NCBI GenBank assembly: GCA_027068235.1
Contig: JAMOUE010000310.1
Location: 1 to 30,820, forward strand
Reading direction: 5' to 3'
Length of the DNA: 30,820 nt
From: Deltaproteobacteria bacterium
GTDB lineage: Bacteria; Desulfobacterota; Dissulfuribacteria; Dissulfuribacterales; QOAL01
The translations under genes and the position numbers were made by a program. Of this stretch, positions 25,787-30,820 are shown one piece after another (the stretch's first letter is position 1; each line of letters starts with the position of its first letter). Below the pieces are notes generated by a model that worked only from the letters and a program-made list of their open reading frames with translations, did no database searches and had not been told where the DNA came from.

Positions 25787-26674
25787 ATGATGAAAGCCTG
25801 CTTATTATATTTTCCAGATTGCAAAGAGCCAGCCAATAGGCTTGCCCACTTTTTACAGATTGAATCTGACCAGATCCAAATCCACCATTTTCCTGATGGC
25901 GAGAGCCTGATAACACTTCCTGAACGTCTTCCAGAGTGTGTTATAATATATGAAAGCCTCAACAATCCCAACCAAAAGCTGATAGAACTCCTTTTTGCCG
26001 CCCGAGGAGCACGTAACAGCAAGGTTAAAAATCTAATCTTAATTGCACCATATCTGGCATACATGCGGCAAGATAAGTGCTTTAGACCAGGGCAAGTTGT
26101 AAGCCAAAAGGTCATAGGAACATTTCTATCTGAGCTGTTTGATTCTTTAATAACAATAGATGCCCATCTTCACAGGATTAATAATCTTTCCCAAATCCTT
26201 CCAGGATGTAGAGCCATAAATCTCACAACTTCTGCACTTACAGCCAACTTTATTGTAGAACACTTTCCCTATGCACCCTTTTTACTTGGTCCAGATGAAG
26301 AATCACTCCAGTGGGTCGCAGGCATAGCAAAAAATGCTGGATTAGAATATGGAGTATGCAAAAAGATCCGTTATGGAGACAAAAATGTTAATGTAACCCT
26401 ACCAAATGTTAATCTAAGAAACAGACACGTAATATTGATAGATGACATCGCAAGTACTGGCTACACATTGGCAGCAGCTGCCCAAGAACTTAGAAAAAGT
26501 GGGATAAACCATATAGATTGCATCATTACCCATGCCCTTTTTGCCAAAGGAGCCCTGAAACTTCTGAAGGAAAGCGGCATAAAACATATCATTACTTCCG
26601 ATACGATTTCGCACTCCACCAACAAGATCTTTATTGCCCCTATTGTTGCAAAGGCCCTCGAAGATCTTGTATAG
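25787..26674 (+). CDS. prs: Ribose-phosphate diphosphokinase (short, divergent type)
   Basis: HFPDGES, APYLAYMRQD, IDAHLH, LGPDEES, LIDDIASTGYT, THALF. Confidence 0.92.
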   Translation: MMKACLLYFPDCKEPANRLAHFLQIESDQIQIHHFPDGESLITLPERLPECVIIYESLNNPNQKLIELLFAARGARNSKVKNLILIAPYLAYMRQDKCFRPGQVVSQKVIGTFLSELFDSLITIDAHLHRINNLSQILPGCRAINLTTSALTANFIVEHFPYAPFLLGPDEESLQWVAGIAKNAGLEYGVCKKIRYGDKNVNVTLPNVNLRNRHVILIDDIASTGYTLAAAAQELRKSGINHIDCIITHALFAKGALKLLKESGIKHIITSDTISHSTNKIFIAPIVAKALEDLV

Positions 26675-26737
26675 AATTTAGGAATTTATATATTTGCCAA
26701 AATGGAGCTTTTAAGATCTTGATAAACGGTCAAGCCC

Positions 26738-27433
26738 ATGTCAGAAAATAGAAAGACAGACGATAACTTTGCAATATGTTTGGTAAGTGGTGGCTTGGAT
26801 AGCTGTGTTACGGCTGCAATTGCACTAAAAGAGTGTAGCAAGGCAGCATTTCTCCACGTGAACTATGGGCAAAGAACGGAAAAACGGGAGTTAAAGGCCT
26901 TTGAGGATATAGCCAGATTTTATGATATTCAGAAAAAACTTGTAGTCAGCCTTGAATATCTTGCCCAGATAGGAGGTTCAGCCCTTACTGACCAAACAAT
27001 AGATGTACCAGAAAATCAACTTTCCAACTCAACCATTCCTGTCACTTACGTACCTTTCAGAAATACCCATATCATAGCCATAGCTGTGTCATGGGCAGAA
27101 GTCCTGGGAGCAGGACGCATATATATTGGAGCAACAGAAGTTGACAGTTCTGGGTATCCGGATTGCAGAAAGAGTTACTTTGAGGCATACAACAAGTTGA
27201 TAGAAGAAGGGACCAAACCTGAAACCAGAATATCCATACATACTCCCTTGATAGACATGACAAAAAAACAGGTGGTTGAGCATGGGATAAAGCTTAATGC
27301 GCCTTTACACCTAACCTGGTCTTGTTATCAGAACGAAGACATTGCGTGCGGTGTTTGCGACTCCTGTTTGTTGAGATTAAAAGGCTTTAGGGAGGCTGGC
27401 TTCAAAGATCCAATTGCTTACAAGGTGTTGTAA
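26738..27433 (+). CDS. queC: 7-cyano-7-deazaguanine synthase
   Basis: SGGLDS, YGQR, YVPFRN, SGYPDCR, TWSCY...CGVCDSC. Confidence 0.98.
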   Translation: MSENRKTDDNFAICLVSGGLDSCVTAAIALKECSKAAFLHVNYGQRTEKRELKAFEDIARFYDIQKKLVVSLEYLAQIGGSALTDQTIDVPENQLSNSTIPVTYVPFRNTHIIAIAVSWAEVLGAGRIYIGATEVDSSGYPDCRKSYFEAYNKLIEEGTKPETRISIHTPLIDMTKKQVVEHGIKLNAPLHLTWSCYQNEDIACGVCDSCLLRLKGFREAGFKDPIAYKVL

Positions 27434-27843
27434 TGGAACAATATGAGAAAGAGTGTAGCCCAAAACCACTGTTTGAATGCAAATGTTGCGGCCACTGCTG
27501 CCATGGAGTTGCCACAGTCTCTGTTACAGATGCGGAACAAAAAAGAATGGCTAGTTTTCTTGGCATCTCACTAGAAGAATTAAGACACAACTATCTGGTA
27601 ATAGGAAAAGGCAGCACTTCCATGAAGATAATCAATGGCCACTGCATATTTTATGGAGAAGATGGACTTTGCAAAGTACACCCTGTCAAACCATTTCACT
27701 GTAAACGATGGCCTCTTCATCCAAGCATCCTTGGGGATGAAGCTGCATGGAAAGCCATCAAGGCAGACTGTCCAGGTTTTGCCAAAGAGACCACTTGGGA
27801 ACAGGCCAAGGAGTTAGTAAGGAAGCAATTAAATGGATCTTGA
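27433..27843 (+). CDS. YkgJ-family Cys-cluster (Fe-S/Zn) protein
   Basis: CKCCGHCC, CIFY, CKVHPVKPFHCKRWP, CPG. Confidence 0.88.
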   Translation: MEQYEKECSPKPLFECKCCGHCCHGVATVSVTDAEQKRMASFLGISLEELRHNYLVIGKGSTSMKIINGHCIFYGEDGLCKVHPVKPFHCKRWPLHPSILGDEAAWKAIKADCPGFAKETTWEQAKELVRKQLNGS

Positions 27844-28636
27844 CAATATAAAAAAACACGTCTTTGTTAGCTGCCCGTTTAATCTTTTAAAGAAAAAATA
27901 TCTGCCAATAATCTTGGATCAAAACATAAATCCTGAGATTGGCTTAAACGGCACGATACTAGACACTTACACCTTTAAAGATTTTCTGGATGCCTCTAAG
28001 GCATTAAAGAGTAACAACCTTTCTTGCACGCTACATGCCCCTTTTACCGACATCAGTTGTGGGGCAATAGACGCACAGGTTAGGGCTGTAGCACTTGAAA
28101 GACTTAAGTATGCAGTTGATCTTGCAGCACTTTTTGAAGCGCACTCCTTGGTGTTTCACTCTGGATGGGAAAAAAAGATCTATGCAGATGCCACAGATAT
28201 GTGGTTGAGTTTTGCCACAGAAACCATTGAAAATTTATGTGAACATGCTGCAGCCTCTGGAGTACAACTTGCCCTTGAAAACGTCTTTGAGCTCGATACC
28301 TACCTACATAAAAAACTTTTTCACGCCATACCTTCTAATCAGCTAGGTTTTTGTCTGGATGCAGGGCATGTCTATGCCTTTTCCAAAACTCCACTGGAAA
28401 AATGGGTTGAGGATCTTGGGACAAGAATTAGACATCTTCATCTTCACGACAACAAAGGAGAAGCTGACGAACACCTTGCCCCTGGTACTGGGATAGTTGA
28501 TTTCGAACTCATCTTTTCTTGGCTTTCAAAACACAACATAAGACCTGTTCTCACACTTGAGGCCCATGACGAGGAAACTGTTATTCCAGGACTTGTTGCC
28601 ATAGGCGGGTTAATGGAAAGATATTTTGGCAAATAG
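27833..28636 (+). CDS. Sugar phosphate isomerase/epimerase / AP endonuclease 2 TIM-barrel protein
   Basis: TLHAPF, VFHSG, LALEN, CLDAGH, HLHLHDN..DEHL, TLE metal-binding pattern. Confidence 0.9.
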   Translation: MDLDNIKKHVFVSCPFNLLKKKYLPIILDQNINPEIGLNGTILDTYTFKDFLDASKALKSNNLSCTLHAPFTDISCGAIDAQVRAVALERLKYAVDLAALFEAHSLVFHSGWEKKIYADATDMWLSFATETIENLCEHAAASGVQLALENVFELDTYLHKKLFHAIPSNQLGFCLDAGHVYAFSKTPLEKWVEDLGTRIRHLHLHDNKGEADEHLAPGTGIVDFELIFSWLSKHNIRPVLTLEAHDEETVIPGLVAIGGLMERYFGK

Positions 28637-28700
28637 ATTCCTACCCCTTATCAAAGGCAAATTTCACATATTGCATAACATGAAAGGGAAACAATAAAAG

Positions 28701-29291
28701 GTGCTGATTGCTCTCACAGGGACCTTGGGAGGTGGAAAGTCAACGGTTTTACGCTTCTTTGACCTTTTTGGCGTTAATACCATAAGTGCCGATGAGATAG
28801 TTCATGAACTCCTTGAAACACCAAAAGTACGAGACCAGATTCAAAAATACTTTGGAAGGAAAGTCTTTACCCCAAGTGGCAAGATTGACAGAAAGAAACT
28901 TGCTGCCAGGGTATTTTCTAACAAAGATGAAAAAAGGTATCTGGAATCTATCCTCCATCCACTGGTATTCCAAACAATCTTTGACAGATACAGCCAGAAT
29001 CCAAAGGCCATAACGGTGGCTGAAGTGCCGCTTCTTTTTGAAACCGCCACTGAAGACCACTTCAACAAGGTTATAGTGGTGAAGACCCCTATCCAAGTTG
29101 TAAAAAAGAGACTTCAACAAAGGGGCATGAGCCACGAAGATATAGAAGCAAGGATGAAGCATCAAATTGACCTAGAGACAAAGCTTGCAAAGGCAGATTT
29201 TATAATTGATAATTCTGGCTCTCTTTCCGAAACAAAAAAACAGGTTGAAGACTTAGTAAAAATCTTGAATGCGCAAAACAGAAGCTCATGA
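28701..29291 (+). CDS. coaE: Dephospho-CoA kinase
   Basis: LTGTLGGGKSTV, SADEIVH, IDRKKLA, LESILHP, EVPLLFE, ADFIIDN. Confidence 0.96.
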   Translation: MLIALTGTLGGGKSTVLRFFDLFGVNTISADEIVHELLETPKVRDQIQKYFGRKVFTPSGKIDRKKLAARVFSNKDEKRYLESILHPLVFQTIFDRYSQNPKAITVAEVPLLFETATEDHFNKVIVVKTPIQVVKKRLQQRGMSHEDIEARMKHQIDLETKLAKADFIIDNSGSLSETKKQVEDLVKILNAQNRSS

Positions 29292-30562
29292 AACCTAGAA
29301 ATCTTCTTGAGGCCAAGGTACAAGAGTTGCTTGGGCTTGTCTGCAACTCAGGGCTTAAGGATAATCCCGTACTATATTGGTTTGTAATCTCCCTAATAGT
29401 ATTTATATGCTGCACAGTTAGCTATTTGGTAGTTCGTTACATAATAATTCGACTCATTCATAGAGCCCTTCAAAAGACCAAAAACAAATGGGATGATGTT
29501 CTTATTAAACAAAAGGTCTTTGTCCCCTTATCCCTTTGGGTTCCTGCCATCGTTTTTAACTATCTTGGCCATTCCATACCTGACTTTCCAGATATCCTTT
29601 TAAAACTGGTTTATCCCTTTGTTCTTCTTGATATTGCCTTTGTATTTGACAGGCTTCTATCGGCAGGCCTTGAGATTTACAACATGCATCCTATGTCGTA
29701 CCGATGGCCAATCAAGGGATACATCCAAATTATCAAACTATTCTTATACATTGCAGTAGGAATCATCATTATCTGTTACCTCCTTGGCGAGTCCCCTTGG
29801 GCGCTTCTAAGTGGCCTTGGCGCCATGACGGCACTGCTACTTTTGATATTTAAGGATACAATCCTCTCCTTTGTTGCTGGGATACAAATTGTTGCCAACG
29901 ATCTCATAAGGTTGGGAGATTGGATAGAGGTCCCACAGTTCAATGCAGATGGAGATGTTATAGAGATCGCCCTTTACACCATTAAGGTTCAAAACTGGGA
30001 TAAAACTGTTACGGTCATTCCTACCTACAAACTTATATCTAACTCATTCAAGAACTGGCGAGGCATGAAACAGGCCGGTGCAAGACGGATAAAACGGTCA
30101 ATTCTCATAGACCAGACCAGTGTCAAATTTTGTGATAAGGCCATGATAGAAAAGTTCAAAAAGATCCAGATCCTTAGGGATTACATTGAACAAAAGGAAC
30201 AAGAGCTTGAAAGCTACAACAAACAACACAACATAGATGAAAACGTGTTGGTTAATGGCAGACGAATGACTAATCTTGGCACATTCCGGGCATATCTAAC
30301 CAGATACTTAAAGAACAATCCCCACCTCAGAAAGGATATGACCTTAATGGTGAGGCAACTTGCCCCTAAACCAGAGGGCATACCACTTGAAATCTACTGT
30401 TTCTCCAGCGACATAAGATGGGCCAATTACGAATCAATTCAAGCCGACATCTTTGACCACGTATTGGCATGTGTGCCCAATTTTTACTTACGGGTGGCAC
30501 AAATACCCACAGGCCACGATATAAAATCTGCCGGTGTATGGTCATGTGCAAAAGAAGGGTAA
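29288..30562 (+). CDS. ybdG: MscS-family mechanosensitive channel (YbdG/MscM-like)
   Basis: GLGAMTA, FKDTILSFVAG, GDWIEV, VQNWDKT, SFKNWRGM, TNLGTFRAY, YESIQADIFDH. Confidence 0.93.
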   Translation: MKPRNLLEAKVQELLGLVCNSGLKDNPVLYWFVISLIVFICCTVSYLVVRYIIIRLIHRALQKTKNKWDDVLIKQKVFVPLSLWVPAIVFNYLGHSIPDFPDILLKLVYPFVLLDIAFVFDRLLSAGLEIYNMHPMSYRWPIKGYIQIIKLFLYIAVGIIIICYLLGESPWALLSGLGAMTALLLLIFKDTILSFVAGIQIVANDLIRLGDWIEVPQFNADGDVIEIALYTIKVQNWDKTVTVIPTYKLISNSFKNWRGMKQAGARRIKRSILIDQTSVKFCDKAMIEKFKKIQILRDYIEQKEQELESYNKQHNIDENVLVNGRRMTNLGTFRAYLTRYLKNNPHLRKDMTLMVRQLAPKPEGIPLEIYCFSSDIRWANYESIQADIFDHVLACVPNFYLRVAQIPTGHDIKSAGVWSCAKEG

Positions 30563-30707
30563 AGTGCTTGATATATAAATTGCCTCCAGTGTATTCTTTA
30601 CCTAAATACTTTCCAAAATCTTTTGACAAGGTTGGCAGCCTTGGCACCATTTAACAAGATGAAAGTTTGTGTTTGTATTTCGTCTTCAAAGGTGATAGGA
30701 GCAAAAA

Positions 30708-30820
30708 ATGGCCTCTAAAGGAAGACTAATAGCCATTGGAGATATTCACGGTTGCATAAAAAAACTCAAGAATCTACTGGGGCACTTGTCCATACAAAGT
30801 GATGATACTGTAATCTTTCT
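30708..30820 (+). CDS. Metallophosphoesterase (PPP/ApaH-like), 5' part only
   Basis: Not in the ORF track. ATG at 30708 after AGGAG gives MASKGRLIAIGDIHGCIKKLKNLL...DDTVIF; GDIHG is the first calcineurin-like motif. Confidence 0.88.
   Translation, partial: MASKGRLIAIGDIHGCIKKLKNLLGHLSIQSDDTVIF

Noticed and set aside
26738-27433. QueC as part of a defence or DNA-modification system (Qat/Dpd type)
   Set aside because: Canonical length and motifs; no dpdA/tgt-like, TatD or ATPase partners; housekeeping neighbours.
30366-30654. ORFs 30366-30650 (-) and 30469-30654 (+)
   Set aside because: They overlap the MscS 3' end, have no motifs or SD, and cover the likely promoter region of the phosphoesterase.

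Overview
Gene-dense chromosomal window of mostly housekeeping genes. The gene set (ActP plus its small partner, c7-type cytochrome, HDOD protein, truncated REC-PAS-HisKA protein, sigma-54 sites) suggests an anaerobic Desulfobacterota-like bacterium; this is inference. No tRNA, rRNA, CRISPR array, integrase or transposase was recognised. Left to right: a Lon-like protease missed by the ORF track (1-2340, runs off the left edge), ruvB-ruvA-ruvC-yebC, an EHD/sarcalumenin-like P-loop NTPase with a membrane tail, DUF99, a small basic ORF behind a sigma-54 motif, HDOD, REC-PAS-HisKA lacking a catalytic domain, M28 peptidase, BCAM0308-like protein, YbhB/YbcL, two secreted proteins sharing four copies of a Trp-rich module, a GalT/HIT-like protein with an altered active-site motif, a GC-rich structured intergenic segment, a Tat 4Fe-4S protein plus triheme cytochrome pair, two convergent YkuD proteins, a tightly coupled isochorismatase / half-size PnuC-like / archease / rtcB / YkuD unit, DUF4212-actP, prs-queC-YkgJ-TIM barrel-coaE-MscS, and the start of a metallophosphoesterase at the right edge. 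Strongest candidates for something new: the EHD-like protein, the RtcB-archease operon with a 3-TM PnuC-like protein, the GalT-like protein and the Trp-rich module pair. All family calls come from motif recognition by eye, not database searches.
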